Positions 43,007 through 54,967 of a stretch of 61,938 bases of DNA are shown one piece after another. Source of the DNA: Chrysochromulina tobinii. Taxonomy: Eukaryota. How positions within the stretch are numbered: position 1 is the stretch's first letter; each line of letters opens with the position of its first letter. The position numbers and the translations under genes are program-made. The notes beneath the pieces are model-generated. The model was not told the DNA's origin and ran no database searches. It saw only the letters and a program-made list of their open reading frames with translations. Location of the stretch: positions 1 through 61,938 of the forward strand of contig JWZX01003158.1 of the NCBI GenBank assembly GCA_001275005.1, written 5' to 3'.

Positions 43007-43930
43007 GGGGAACCCCGAACCGACCGTCCGGCAACTCGGAATGCCTCGACAAAGAACACCGATGAGTTCGCCCGCGATGCCTCTACACAGCTCCCTCATT
43101 CATAGACACACGGAAACAGCATTTCACAGCAGGAGCGAGATGCTGCGAAGGACCCTCGAAATGAGACACATGCAGACGGAGAGCTGAGAACCAGCCAAAA
43201 TAAGAGAGTGCGGCGAGACCCATGTATGAACTCGTGAGGGAGGACGCCCGCCGACGTGGGCGGTGAACCCCCAGATGGGCGAGCCAAGGGGCAACGAGCA
43301 TTGTTTCGCGACCCACTGCGATGGACGAGCCAAGGGGTAACGAGCTCTGTTTCGCGGGAGACACCCAAACCCCCAATAACGGCGCCGGGGCAAACGCGAA
43401 ACGGCGGATCGCAATCTGAATCTCCAGGGTGAATCTCGTCTCTGCCTCCCCGCTCGTCTCTGCCCCCCCGACTGGGGCACTGGGCCTATGATGCGTACCT
43501 TCACGTTAGTTAGCCGAGCCGTTTAACTTTTGGGGCGTCACGCGGCGAAGTTGCGGCGGGCACGTACAACGTGGCGCTCATTGAAGCGCGCCCTCGCGGG
43601 CTCGCGGGCGGCGTTAAACGCGCCCGCATCATCAAGCATCATTCTCTGATCATTCTGTGGATCTGAAAAGCTACACGCCCGCGGATTCTGCGATTCAACG
43701 TTGATCGTATCGAGAAAAATATCACCGCCCGACGCCTTTTATTGCCTGGGTACCCCGCGCCCGCCTCGCCACGTGGTGTGCGCCGCTGCCGTCAGGACGG
43801 CGTGTTTTGCATGCGTGTTTTACTTACTTCGACTACTCGACTAAACATAACCGGGGTTCCGCACCGCACTATACAGCGGCGCTCATGCAAGTCTGCCACC
43901 ACCGCTCAAATATCTAGATTCCATGGGCCT

Positions 43931-44464
43931 TCACGGCAGCAGCTTCACCTTTGCGCGCTGTATGGCGCGCTCCGCAGAAGTGGGCAGGGCGATATCGCCT
44001 TGGCGCCAGTGGCGCGCCGCCTGCACCTGCGCCCGCGCTGCGTCCGCCATTGACGCCGCGCGGCGTGCGTCCTCCGAAGCTGCCGCAGCACGCAGCGACG
44101 CCTTGGCCGCCTCATGCGACGCGCGCTGCGCCGGGTGCGCGCGCACCGCGGCAGCGGCCGCAATCTGGTTGGCGGCCAGGGTGAGCCCGTAGGCAGATTG
44201 CGTGTCGCTGCCGCGCCGCTGCGTGGGTGACACGACGGCCGCCGCGTCGCCAAATGACCTCATGAGCTCCTCGTTCGAGAGTATTTCGAGCTGCAGATCG
44301 GCCCGCCAGTCTTCGAGCTCGACGCCCAGATCGAGGCCACCCGGCTCCGCGAGGCGAAAGGGCACTCTTTCGGAACGGCGCGTGGACGCCGCCGCAGTGG
44401 ACGCTGGCGCACCGCCGCCGGCCGCAGTGGACGCTGGCGCACCGCCGCCGCCGCCACCACCGCC

Positions 44465-44501
<37 letters not shown>

Positions 44502-47095
44502 CCGCTGCCGCCGCCGCTAAACGCCGCTAACTTACACCGCCTCGCGCCGCAATTCACCGGGTCGCGCGCCGTATCGAGCGTATGCATGCCGCCGCCATTC
44601 GCCTGGGTGAGTGACCGGAGTGCTGATGGGCGGGATGCCAGCTCGGTGGCGGCGGCGGCGGCGGCGGCGAGTGCGACCGGATAGCCCACCGGATAGCCGT
44701 TGCGCCGCGCATCCGCCTCGTCACTCCCACGGGTGATCGAGGCGACCCCGTCTTTCCTGGTCACGTTGCTGCGGCGTGGCACAGGCGCATGCATCGGCGG
44801 CACAGGCGCATGCATCGTGGCGTGCGGCGCGCCGAGCGCCGGAGCGGTCACAATCGGCGCCAGCTCCTGGAAGGGCATCGAGATCCGCCGAAGCACCGCA
44901 CGACTGCCTGCCCGCGTCTTGAAGGTGAGCGAGAGCAGACCTGCTTTGCTCGAGCTCCTCTCGACCTTGTGCCGAGCACGCCCTTCAGCGGCAGCGGCGG
45001 CGGCGTCGCCGCCGCTGACATCGCCTGTGCTCGGGTCGTTCTCCGCGCCGTCATCAGCTTCGTCAAACTGCGTGGGTGAGGGGAGTTCAGCACGTAAGAA
45101 CTCGTGCCACTGCTCCACATCCACGCCTTCCTTGTTGGCCTCGTCGTAGAGCTCATCGATGAAGACGTTCTCGATCTCGTACCCGCGCGAGGCGAGAGCG
45201 AGCTTACGCGCCATGGCGAGCTCGTGGAATCGTACGTACCGCTTGGCCGCTTCAGAGAATCGTCCGCGGCCCAGGCCCGCACCGCCGCCGCCGCTGCCGC
45301 TAACGCCGCCGCCTCCTCCACCTCCGCCGCCGCCTCCGCGCAGCACCTGGTTCCGCTGAGTGATGCGAGCTAACAGGCCGGCACCGTCGTCGGTGCTGCT
45401 AAAGCCGCCGTCGTCGCCGCCGCCGCCGTCGTCGCCGCCGCCGCTGCCAAAACTCATCTGGATCGTACGAGAGAGCTCCTCCTGCTCCTCCGACGCTGCG
45501 CGTAGCTGCTCCACGCGAGCATGAGGCAATCAGTGGCAATCAATTGCAATCAGAGGCAATCAACGACACTCACCTGCTCCGCGCGAGTCGCGAGCATGAG
45601 GCAGTCAGTGGCAATCAGTGGCAATAACGACACTCACCTGCTCCGCGCGAGTCGCGAGCATGAGGCGTTGCCACACGGTGGTGACCCGGAGCGTGCGGTT
45701 GCGGTTGCGCAGCGTCGTGTTCTCGGCTTCGAGCTCGGCGATGCGCTGAGCCATCGGCCCACCGCCGAGTGCGCTCACCACTTGCTGTATGTGGCTCGGG
45801 TGGTCCAGACCCTGGCCATCCCGCGCATGTACCTCCTTCCTGAGCCGATCGATCAGCAGCCGCGCCGCGCTCGCCTCCTCGCGAGCGAACGCGAGCTCGC
45901 TCTCGAGGTGCGAGGCGTCCAGTCGACCGAGGAAGGAATGAGGGCGCACCACCACGCTCACCGCCTTGGCCCGCACGGCAAACCGGAGCGTGCCGATCGT
46001 CTCGTCGAGGTTGGCACTCTCCGTGCGCAGCGTGACCACGACGGCGCTCGCCGTATTGCCGCCGAGCGACTCCTGCAGCAGGCGGGTGAGTTTGCTGTCG
46101 CGGTAGGGCACGTGCGCGGCGCCCTGGGCCATGCAGCGCACGCGACGTGGCCGCCAGCCGCTCGATGACGGTGCCGAGGGCGAAGAGGGACGTGTTGATG
46201 TTCCGCGCCTCTTCACGCCGCTGCGGCGCCGACGAAGGGCCTCTGACCGACTCGACATAGTACGACTTCTTGGAACTCTCCATCCCTGCGAGGTCGACCA
46301 ACGAGAGCTTGCCACTTTCCGCGCCGCCACTGTCCTGGCCACTGCTCACGTCGTGCAGCTCGAGCACAAAGAGTGCGTGCGAGCGCGACGAGCGAGCATT
46401 CATCTTCATCGCGGCGACCACACGCAGCTCGTTGCCAACGCCGCAGGCAGTCCATGACCTCCGTCTCGGAGGTGACGACCTCGCGAACGAGGCCTTCCAC
46501 CACGACACGCCGCTGTGCTGTCTCGCGCAGCACGAGGCCCTTGCGCCCACCCAATAGATCGTTGCACTGGTCATTGTACACCTCGACGTACGAGGCCATG
46601 ACGACGAACTGGGACGCCTTCGGCGCGCTGCGCAGCGAGGCGAAGATGTCGGCGATCGCACGCGGTGCGAGCCCGTGCAGCGTTACGTCCGACCCGCTCC
46701 AGTCGCGTATGACCTCCTCTGGACCGAACATCGTGTACGTCTTGCCGCTGCCTGCCGGAACGAGAGAGGCCGCAGAGCAGTGGCGCGTGTGTGGGGTCAC
46801 CGAGACAGAGGCGAGAGGCGGTCGCACGTAGCGTACCTGTCTGCCCGTATGCGATGATGCACAGATTGTAGCCATGCATAACGCGCGCGACGCGCTCGCG
46901 GCCCAAGATCTCATAGACTTCCTCTTGTGCTGCATCCGCATCCCACACCCAGTCCAGAGAGAACTCGAGGTTGCGCACCTGCACAGTCCGCTGCTGATCG
47001 AAGCGCTTCTTGACGATGATTGAGTCGTCGCGAGGCGCGGATGAGTCGAGGTCGGGGCGCAGCCGCGCGTACACGCCCACTGCTTCTTGGGCCAT
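43931..47095 (-). CDS. Kinesin motor protein with long low-complexity tail; introns 46752-46836 and 45506-45637; two +1 frameshifts (about 46437 and about 46125)
   Basis: VYARLRP, YGQTG|SGKTYTM (P-loop split by an intron), SYVEVYND, NARSSRSH, VDLAGME, INTSL and HVPYRDSKLTRLLQESLGGN are distributed over three frames. Confidence 0.9.
45506..45637 (-). other. 132-nt intron made of two stacked units (donor module + copy of upstream exon end)
   Basis: The exon end GCCTCATGCTCGCGACTCGCGCGGAGCAG (45638-45666) is copied exactly at 45574-45602 and partly at 45506-45527. Each copy is preceded by GTGAGTGTCGTT plus GATTGCC repeats. Confidence 0.88.
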
Positions 47096-47289
47096 GCTCG
47101 GGCGTGGAGGGAGGGGTCCAGCGCAGGCCCGCCAAAGGGACTATGTCCCCATTGGTCAAGCTCGACTTTTGTCGTGAAAGCGTCGAAATGTGCACAACAT
47201 GTAAAGACCTCTTTCTACATGTAGACTGAAGTGACTTGTCTCCCTCGCAAGTTCGGAAAATCCTGAACCTCAGGCACGAGCATCGTCGA

Positions 47290-48039
47290 ATGCAGGGATT
47301 GCGACACACAGCGTTCGCCGTCCTTTCTTTCGCGGCTGCGACAGAAGGCTGGCAGGCGCCCGGCAGCCCGCTGCACCGCACGGGGCCTCCGCCGCAGTCG
47401 GTGCAGCCCGCGCTGCTGCGCTCCGCGTCCCCAGCCATGATGCCCATCGGCGTGCCTAAGGTCGCCTACCGCGTGCCCGGCGCAACTTCGGCGGACTGGG
47501 TGGACATCTACAACCGGCTGTACCGCGAGCGCATCATCTTCCTCGGGCAGGAGATCGATGACGAGATCTGCAACCAGATCATCGCCGTCATGCTCTTCTC
47601 CGACTCGGAGGACCAGGAGAAGCCGATGTATCTGTACATCAACTCGCCTGGCGGCTCAGTCATCGCTGGGCTCGCGCTGTACGACACGATCCAGCACATC
47701 GCGTCGCCGGTGATCACGGCCAATATCGGCATGGCGGCATCGATGGCGTCCTTCATTCTCGGCGCGGGCGAGCGCGGCAAGCGCGTGGCGCTGCCCAACT
47801 CGCGTGTCATGATCCACCAGCCGATGGGTGGCTCAGAGGGACAGGCTGAGGACATTCGCGTGGAGGCGGAGCAGATCCTCAAGATCAAGGGCACGCTCGT
47901 TACCATGTACGCGCAGATGACCGGCAACTCGCGCGAGCAGATCATGAAGGATCTCGACAGAGACAACTACATGTCGGCGCAGCAGGCTCTCGACTACGGG
48001 CTCATCGACAAGATCGTAACCTCGGTCAACGGCCCGTGA
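47290..48039 (+). CDS. clpP: ATP-dependent Clp protease proteolytic subunit, plastid-targeted
   Basis: Signal/transit extension, then [23 protein letters not shown] (catalytic Ser), MIHQP (His) and DRDNYM (Asp). Confidence 0.95.
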   Translation: MQGLRHTAFAVLSFAAATEGWQAPGSPLHRTGPPPQSVQPALLRSASPAMMPIGVPKVAYRVPGATSADWVDIYNRLYRERIIFLGQEIDDEICNQIIAVMLFSDSEDQEKPMYLYINSPGGSVIAGLALYDTIQHIASPVITANIGMAASMASFILGAGERGKRVALPNSRVMIHQPMGGSEGQAEDIRVEAEQILKIKGTLVTMYAQMTGNSREQIMKDLDRDNYMSAQQALDYGLIDKIVTSVNGP

Positions 48040-48329
48040 GGGCGCGCGCATCATCTGCGACGGAGCAGAGCCTCGGAGCCCACGCGGCGAGGCGGCTACG
48101 AGCGGACTCGGCTTCGCCTTCCTGAGCATGCGACACACGCGGTGATGACTGATGTAGGGACGGCGTCGGCGCGCGCGCGGTGCCGGGAGGTGTTTACTCA
48201 GAATACTTCTCTCTTGAGAGCGCGGCCGGACCTCAAAGCTCAATCCTGTCGAGCACGCATTCTTTAATGACCCGCACGGACACTTGTAATTTAAGTATTA
48301 GTTGAAAATCGGATTTATTCATCTGCCCT

Positions 48330-48924
48330 TCAGTCGGTCTTCTTGCCCTCAGCCGCCGACGGCTCTTCGTCAATAGGCTCGTTGAAAGCGTAGATCAGGA
48401 AGCCGATGACAACGAACTGCACGGAAGCGATGCCAGCGATACCGGCGTATACCATCTTCTCGCCAGCCTTTTCGAATGTAAAGAGCTGATCGAGGACCAC
48501 GCCGTAAGCAAACATCATGACGATCGCAGGCACGCCAAACATGAACATCGTAGTGCGTATGAGCACCCGCAGTGCCGATACATTTGCACCCGATCTGCGG
48601 ACAGCACCAACGCGGTCAGACTGCATGCATTGAGGGATGTGCTGGGCGAGATGCGATGCACCGAAGCATTTGTATCAGCGCCAGGCTGCCGCCACCCTGA
48701 TTCCATCGCTTCGCGGCATCCGCCATGATCGGAATGGATGCGGTCCACTCGGGGTCTGAGCCAGTCGAGAGCGGCTGGCCTGAGTCCTCTGCATCTGCAG
48801 AGGACGGCAATGTCGAGGCTAGTCCGACTGGCGGCGGCGGCGTGGCAGCTGGAGTTGGGGCTGTAGCCACTGGCTCAGTCGCGGGTGCGGCGGCAGCCTT
48901 TTCCTTGGTCTGCTCCTGGCCCAT
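48330..48924 (-). CDS. VMA21: VMA21-like V-ATPase assembly factor (175 aa, intron 48595-48661)
   Basis: Two TM helices (TTMFMFGVPAIVMMFAY; VYAGIAGIASVQFVVIGFLIYAFNE) and a C-terminal KKTD ER-retrieval motif. CG|GTGCAT...CCGCAG|A restores the frame. Confidence 0.75.
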
Positions 48925-49143
48925 GGCAACGTAGCGCGCACGTAAGCTGGAAGCCGTCGAGCGGCCACGAGCGACGATCGTCCGGCGGGGCGACTCTGAA
49001 AACTAGAACATCTGCTGTGAATTACAACCATCGGCTGTGAAAGCGAACCCCCTCTTTCTTCGTCGCCTGTTCGCGGCGCTTTTCTGTACAATCGCGACGC
49101 GGCGCGCACGCGCCGCGTCTCCTAAGCGCGTCCGCGCACAATA

Positions 49144-49943
49144 ATGGTGCCGCCGAAGGTCGCGGTGTGCTTCGCGGGCGCGTGGCGCGACTGGCCTGGC
49201 GCATGGAGACACATACAGCCCAACATCATCGAGTCGCTGGGTGATGTGGACATCTTTGCCGTCTCAGATAGCATTCCTGCCGGCGCGCATGGCATGGGTG
49301 ATGTGAGCTTCACCGTTGCACGCATGCGGGAGGCATTCGGCGCGCGCTTCAAAGGTGGCGAGCACCTGTCGGCGCGTCATTTGGAAAACGTGTCGGCCCA
49401 TACGTGGCCCTCAATCACCGCTACCCAAGCGGCGCTGCCCAAGCATTCGACCGTGTTTGCTTATCTGTACAAGATTTGGCGCTGCGGCCAACTCATCCAC
49501 AAAAGTGGCGTTATGTACGATGTCATCGTTCGGCTGCGCCCAGACCTGTGGCCAACGCAACCATTCCACATCGTTCGTATCGGCCGTGGCGACGGAGCAG
49601 TGTACGAGTTGCAAGTTGGAGGACGATGCGTCCAGTTTGGGTCGCGCACTGTCGTCATCCACGCCTACACCAACTTCTGCGCCAACGACTGGCTTGCGAT
49701 TGGTAGTGCGAAAGCCATGACTGTGACCATGGATTTGCTACGCTTCTGGTCGCCCGCTTCTCGCTTCCTATCGCCCGACGAAGCGATGGACTCGCTCTTC
49801 TCGAAGAGCGTCGAACTGGCTCACAATTGGCTCTGGTGGCGCACAGGCACTGCAGTGGTCCGTCAGCCACTGTTTATTGAACTCGCCCGACGCCGATGCT
49901 CGCGTCCAAATTGCCTCAGAATGCCAGCATGGCAGATCATGCG

Positions 49944-49985
<42 letters not shown>

Positions 49986-52014
49986 AGGAGAGCAGGAGCC
50001 GCAACGGCCGCATGAGCTTGGGATGGCTGCCTTGGCAGCATCGTCAGTATTGAACGATACTTTTGCAGCGGGTACGTGCATTGTCCATGCCGCTGCACCT
50101 CGACCATCCATCGGCACAATGCAGCCCGGGCGCCATGGCCTCGTCAACGACTGCGGTGACGCTGATGGTTCCATACAGGACCTCGAGTGGTTCACGGGAC
50201 CGATTCCAGCAAGCTCGACGTCACGAACAGCAGCGGACATGGCCTTGGCATCCCAACCTGTGGTCTCACGCTCCGCTCGCGGTCGTGCCAAACGTGCAAA
50301 GGGTTTTATCGAACCACCACGTGTCTTGCCGATTTCCGAAGACAAGCTAGCATGGACCCGGCCAGCTTGCACTGACGTCGAAGACCTGTCGGTCATGGAT
50401 CCGCTTGTGCCGTGCAAGAAGCTGTCGGGCGATGAGCTATCCTACAAGCCTCTTGCCCATCGGCCTAGTGTCCTTCGCGGCTACGGCGTGCCCTTGTGCT
50501 TTCAATGTGATGGCTCCTCGCTGCCTTCTCGTTCAAAGGAGGCAGGATCGCTGCCAACGGGCGGGCCATTGGAAAATGCCATGCTCACAGCGGCACGTGC
50601 TGGCTATCAAGCTGTAGTTGAAGAGCTAGAGCACATTTCCGTCAGCCCTGAAGGTGCGCGCGCGCACGTCGGAGACGTAGCACGGCTTCGCTGGACTCTC
50701 GGTCGCTGCCTGAATCCACTGCACACGCCCGGGTCTCCTCGACCAGACGTACGCGTGCTTGTCGTTGGGTGCTCCATGACCCAGGGCTTCATGAATTGTG
50801 GCACGACACTGGCAGGCAAACAATGTTCCGTTCCTTGCGACAGCCTCTCGTGGTACCGCGTGCTTGGTGGTCTGCTGCAACAAGCGCTACCAGGGTGCAC
50901 CGTCGTAGCTCTACGCTCAACAAGCCGTGGTGGTCGCTCGGTCACGACTGCCCAGCGCTACGACACTCGCGTGCGCCGCTTCCAACCACACGTGATCCTA
51001 ACCGACCTGACCGTGTGCGATCTGCGCGGGATCACTTCGAGCCTCGACGAGGTGCGCGTGCAAGCAGGGATGGAGACGCTCGTACGGCGTGCGTTGGCCG
51101 ATGCAAGTTTTCCCGCACTCATACATGTGGAGTCGTGGTCTGAGCTCAATCCCATGGGCAAGTGCAAGAACGTGTCGGCGCACAGAGTGCACTTGCCAGT
51201 GGCAGCGCACTACAACGTGCCCACCTTGAGTTTCATGCTCGGCGTGTGCGCTGTCGCCCCGGAGAGCGCCCTGAGGCGACATTGGCGTGGAGGCTGTTCA
51301 GCTAACGCCAGCACGTGCCAGGCGCTCGACACCGAGGGCCAAGAGTGCGAGCCGCACCCCGGCCCACACACACATCGGGTGTTTGCGCTCCTGGCAGCGG
51401 AGCTCATGCTCGCTGAGGCAGTGCGTGCTGGCGTCCTGCTGGCAAGCGCCAAAGCGCGCTCGGGGTTGCCTCGCCCGGTACCGCTCGACGAGAGTGCGAC
51501 ACGCACACTCCTCCCAAGTGCCGCCCTCAGCAGCCTTGCAGCATGCCGAGCCCATCATGGCACCGGGACACCCCTCGAGACGCTTGATTTTGCGGAGGGT
51601 GCTTGCGGAACGCCAACGCGAGGCGAGGGGTGGCGCTGCTATGCCGACCGCCCCGGCAAACCGGGGTGGATTCGCGAGGTCTCTGACGAGCTCGCAGGCA
51701 CTGGCTTGGGCGACGATCCTCCTTTATCCTTCTCCGTGCCCCTGGCCACCAGCAAGCTGACTGTGGGGTTTCTGCGAAGCTACGATGCTCGCATGGGGAC
51801 TGCACGCGTCTGGCTCGACGACGACGTTGACTCTGCCGTGCTGCTCAACGGCTCGTGGGCGTCGCAGACATCGCAGACCGATCTCGCCGTCGTGCGCGCC
51901 GCCGAGCTGTGCCGTCGCACGTGCCTCAGCAAGCCACGCAATGCTAGGCATCAGGTGCACGTGCAGCGGGTGAGCGGACAAAAGTTCAAGCTTCTATCGA
52001 TCGAGCTGTGTTGA
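49144..52014 (+). CDS. Two-module protein: N-terminal glycosyltransferase-like domain, poly-Q linker, C-terminal SGNH hydrolase-like domain
   Basis: VAVCFAGAWRD...YDVIVRLRPDL...NDWLAIG, then Q12 at 49948-49983, then VLVVGCSMTQG (block I) and PHPGPHTHRVFA (block V-like). Confidence 0.7.
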
Positions 52015-52533
52015 CTGGATGAGTGAACGCTTTACAGTACCGTCATGTGCGACTAGCCACTACCTTAGTCCTTACTGTAAGAGTGCGGTGTACGACGACC
52101 TACGTAGAACTACTACGGCTGTCGTGTGTAGCTCGTTGCGAGTACAAGCACCCGACCTGGAGACCTGGTACGAGTCGAGTATAGCTTTTTTGTACAGCGT
52201 CTTTTGCATGGTCTTTTGACGTGAGTCTTGTATCAATGTCGCGCTTGAGGTTCGATTGTGCTATTACAGTATAGTACCTAATGTACGTAGCAGCTGCTCT
52301 CCCTCTCGCCGCGGCCGCTGCGCCAGCACCACCGCCATGACCACCGCTAAGCGCCACGCGCCCAGGCAGTGGCAGAGGACGAGCCGCCACGCGCCGACAG
52401 TGCCCGCCTGTCTCGTCGTATAGGCCCGGGGCTCACGCCACTCGACACAAGCGCCGCATTTCCTGCGTTCGAAAATTCAAAGGAGCACCATGGGGAGTGG
52501 TCGCAAAGCACCGATCAGCTCGTGCCCAACCTC

Positions 52534-53595
52534 TCAAGCCGCAGGAAAGGTGCCGTCGAGGCGGACGGCAAGGTGACGGTCTGCAAAGGCACCCCTCGCG
52601 AAACTTGTGCCGCGGAACCCCGTGTCTAGGTCTCCTGGGATGAAGTGAAAGGCGACGCGCTCCGAAGCAGGCAGGCCACCATCGCGCAGATTCGCATTCG
52701 CAGAGTGAAGCAGATTCGCATCGAAGAGCACGACGGACCCAGACGTAACGGCAAGGTCCAACGGCGCGCGCTGCTTGCCATCTGGGCCCACGGCGAGCGT
52801 GCTCAGGATGGTCTCCTCGGAGATATACTCGCCCACTTGCTGTAGCGACGGCTGATACAGGTGCGCCCGCGCGCTCCCCACGGTAGAGTCGCGGTGAGAG
52901 CCCGGGAGCACTCGCAGGCAACCCGACTTGACATCGATGGTGCGCAGGTACACGACACACGAGATCGTGTCGGAGCGCGTCGTTCCGAAGTAGTAGTTGT
53001 CGTCGTGCCAGCTTACCGAGCCTGGAGATCCCGCCTGGACAGGAAAATACTTGGTCCCAAAGGCGTCAACCTCGGAGCGCTCGACGCTGGCGATCGCCGA
53101 GCTGTCGCTTGTACGGAGCCCACGACGAACAAGCGAGGCGGCGGTTTGGGCTATCGGTGGAAAGCGGACGAGCTCGAGCACTGTCCGGCTCTTCAGACCG
53201 ATCCCTTGGGCCTTGTGGATTGTTGGGGGCTTCTCCAACTTACCATTAGCATCCATGGCAAAAGAAAAATTGCACTGGGTACTGCTAGCGCCAGACGATT
53301 CCGAATCCCATGCTACAGATGATTTGGACAGGTCGGCATCTGCGGCTCGCTCAGCGTCGGCTTGAATCCCATGCAGCTCCTCGAGAACCCGGGCGATCAT
53401 CGCCGGTGGCACGATTCCAGGCAGAAGGATATAGCCGTTGCGTTCATAGCTGTCGAGCTGGCTATCAGTGAGATTGTGCACGTGCGGGAAAAGATGGCCG
53501 CTGCCAAGAAGCAGTTGCGGATTCTCCAGCAGCACACATACGATAGGCAGGATGACAGCGATGCCGACAGCCAGACGGGCACGGGGGACGCACAT
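52534..53595 (-). CDS. Phytanoyl-CoA dioxygenase (PhyH)-family Fe(II)/2-oxoglutarate dioxygenase with N-terminal signal anchor
   Basis: YERNGYILLPGIV, WHDD (HxD), GCLRVLPGSH and GSVVLFDANLLHSANAN...R. Confidence 0.88.
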   Translation of the reverse strand: MCVPRARLAVGIAVILPIVCVLLENPQLLLGSGHLFPHVHNLTDSQLDSYERNGYILLPGIVPPAMIARVLEELHGIQADAERAADADLSKSSVAWDSESSGASSTQCNFSFAMDANGKLEKPPTIHKAQGIGLKSRTVLELVRFPPIAQTAASLVRRGLRTSDSSAIASVERSEVDAFGTKYFPVQAGSPGSVSWHDDNYYFGTTRSDTISCVVYLRTIDVKSGCLRVLPGSHRDSTVGSARAHLYQPSLQQVGEYISEETILSTLAVGPDGKQRAPLDLAVTSGSVVLFDANLLHSANANLRDGGLPASERVAFHFIPGDLDTGFRGTSFARGAFADRHLAVRLDGTFPAA

Positions 53596-54238
53596 CGTCA
53601 CCAGGGATTGGACCGGGGCGTGCCGGCGGCCGGGACGGATCGACGGAAGGGCCCGACAGGGCTATGAAGGGCAACCAATGGGCGGCAGCTGAGCACCCAC
53701 CTTCGGACCCGCGGGGCCCCGACCAACCCGACGGGCGGGCGCAGACCGCGCCCGCCCCTCGGCCGGTCCCCCCCCGCTCAGACGCGCGGCACCCGCGACT
53801 GGTCCGACCCGGATCGACCGCTGGAGCTAGCGCCGCCGCGGCGATTCCACACCGAACCATGCATGCATGCGCGAGACCCGTCTCGCGCCCGCCCCCCCCG
53901 GGGGGAGACTCACGCCCCCTTACCAGGGCCCCCCGCATCCGCGCTGAGACGAGCGCGACCTCCGCCGAGCGACGGCGGACGCGCCCCAGAGAGCCCCCAT
54001 TCACACGCCTCGCGCCGGTCCGACTCCCCTGTGAGGAAAACGGAGAGGATTGGCCATGACGCGTTATTCCTTTTCGACCTCGGAGATGAGCCGAGATCGC
54101 ACCCGCGACCCGGTCTCGCTCCGGTGTACAATGTAACCCGAGTTGTAACTGAAAAGACTTGACTTGTCTGAGACCCGTTGTGCTGTTGGCGGACAGCGAT
54201 CTTCCGAAAAATAACTCTGGGAGCTTAATAAGCGAGGC

Positions 54239-54967
54239 TCAATTGGTGGCTGCTTCGCCACCTTCCATGCCACCAACTCGGGCCCACGCGGGCGTGTTGA
54301 ATTCCAGAATCGAGCAACGCTTCTCCTTCCATTTTAGCGCGTCACTTCTCACAAGGAACTCGTCATCGTGCCGGAACGCGAGCTGCCGGGTTCCAGGAAG
54401 TAGCTGGCCCAGCCGCTCGAGGAAGGCGCCCCGCCCTGAGCGCACATGGCTCCCAACGACAACCCAGGAGCCGCGCTTGGCTGCCTCAGCGACGCGCTGT
54501 GCCACGAGGCGACCGAGCCTTTCCTCGTAGAAGAGGTCGGCAAATATGCACAGGTCCGCGGCCGGCAATGCGGTTTTCGCGCCGAGGTCAAAGCGAAGTG
54601 TCGAGACGGCCGTTAGATGTTGTGCAGCAGCAGCCTGCGCCGTCATCTCGAGTGCAAGCGGCGAGATGTCAGATGCGATGACGGTTGGTACGCCACGAGC
54701 TGCGAGCGTGATAGCGACCAGCCCATTGCCGCAGCAGCAATCAAGCGCGCTACCCACACTCTCCCAGCCATCTGCCGGCAGGTTGCTCAGATGTTCGGCC
54801 ACGCCGAGGGCTGCAGGCCATAGCTTGGCGCCGAATGGATTGCTGCCTTCCATCTTGGACTGCTGCGCCCACCAGTCGCGATCAGCGACCTCCAGCACGC
54901 TCAGATGGAGCGGGGGTTCGCCGGCAAGCGAGAAGGCCACCAGATGACATGCCGGTAAGGCGAGCAT
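54239..54967 (-). CDS. Family-16 protein methyltransferase (second in window)
   Basis: NPFGAKLWPAALGVAEHL, ALDCCCGNGL, VIASD and IFADLFYE. Confidence 0.85.
   Translation of the reverse strand: MLALPACHLVAFSLAGEPPLHLSVLEVADRDWWAQQSKMEGSNPFGAKLWPAALGVAEHLSNLPADGWESVGSALDCCCGNGLVAITLAARGVPTVIASDISPLALEMTAQAAAAQHLTAVSTLRFDLGAKTALPAADLCIFADLFYEERLGRLVAQRVAEAAKRGSWVVVGSHVRSGRGAFLERLGQLLPGTRQLAFRHDDEFLVRSDALKWKEKRCSILEFNTPAWARVGGMEGGEAATN

Noticed and set aside
44441..44520. GCC-rich trinucleotide run as a separate element
   Set aside because: It simply encodes poly-Gly in the kinesin tail.
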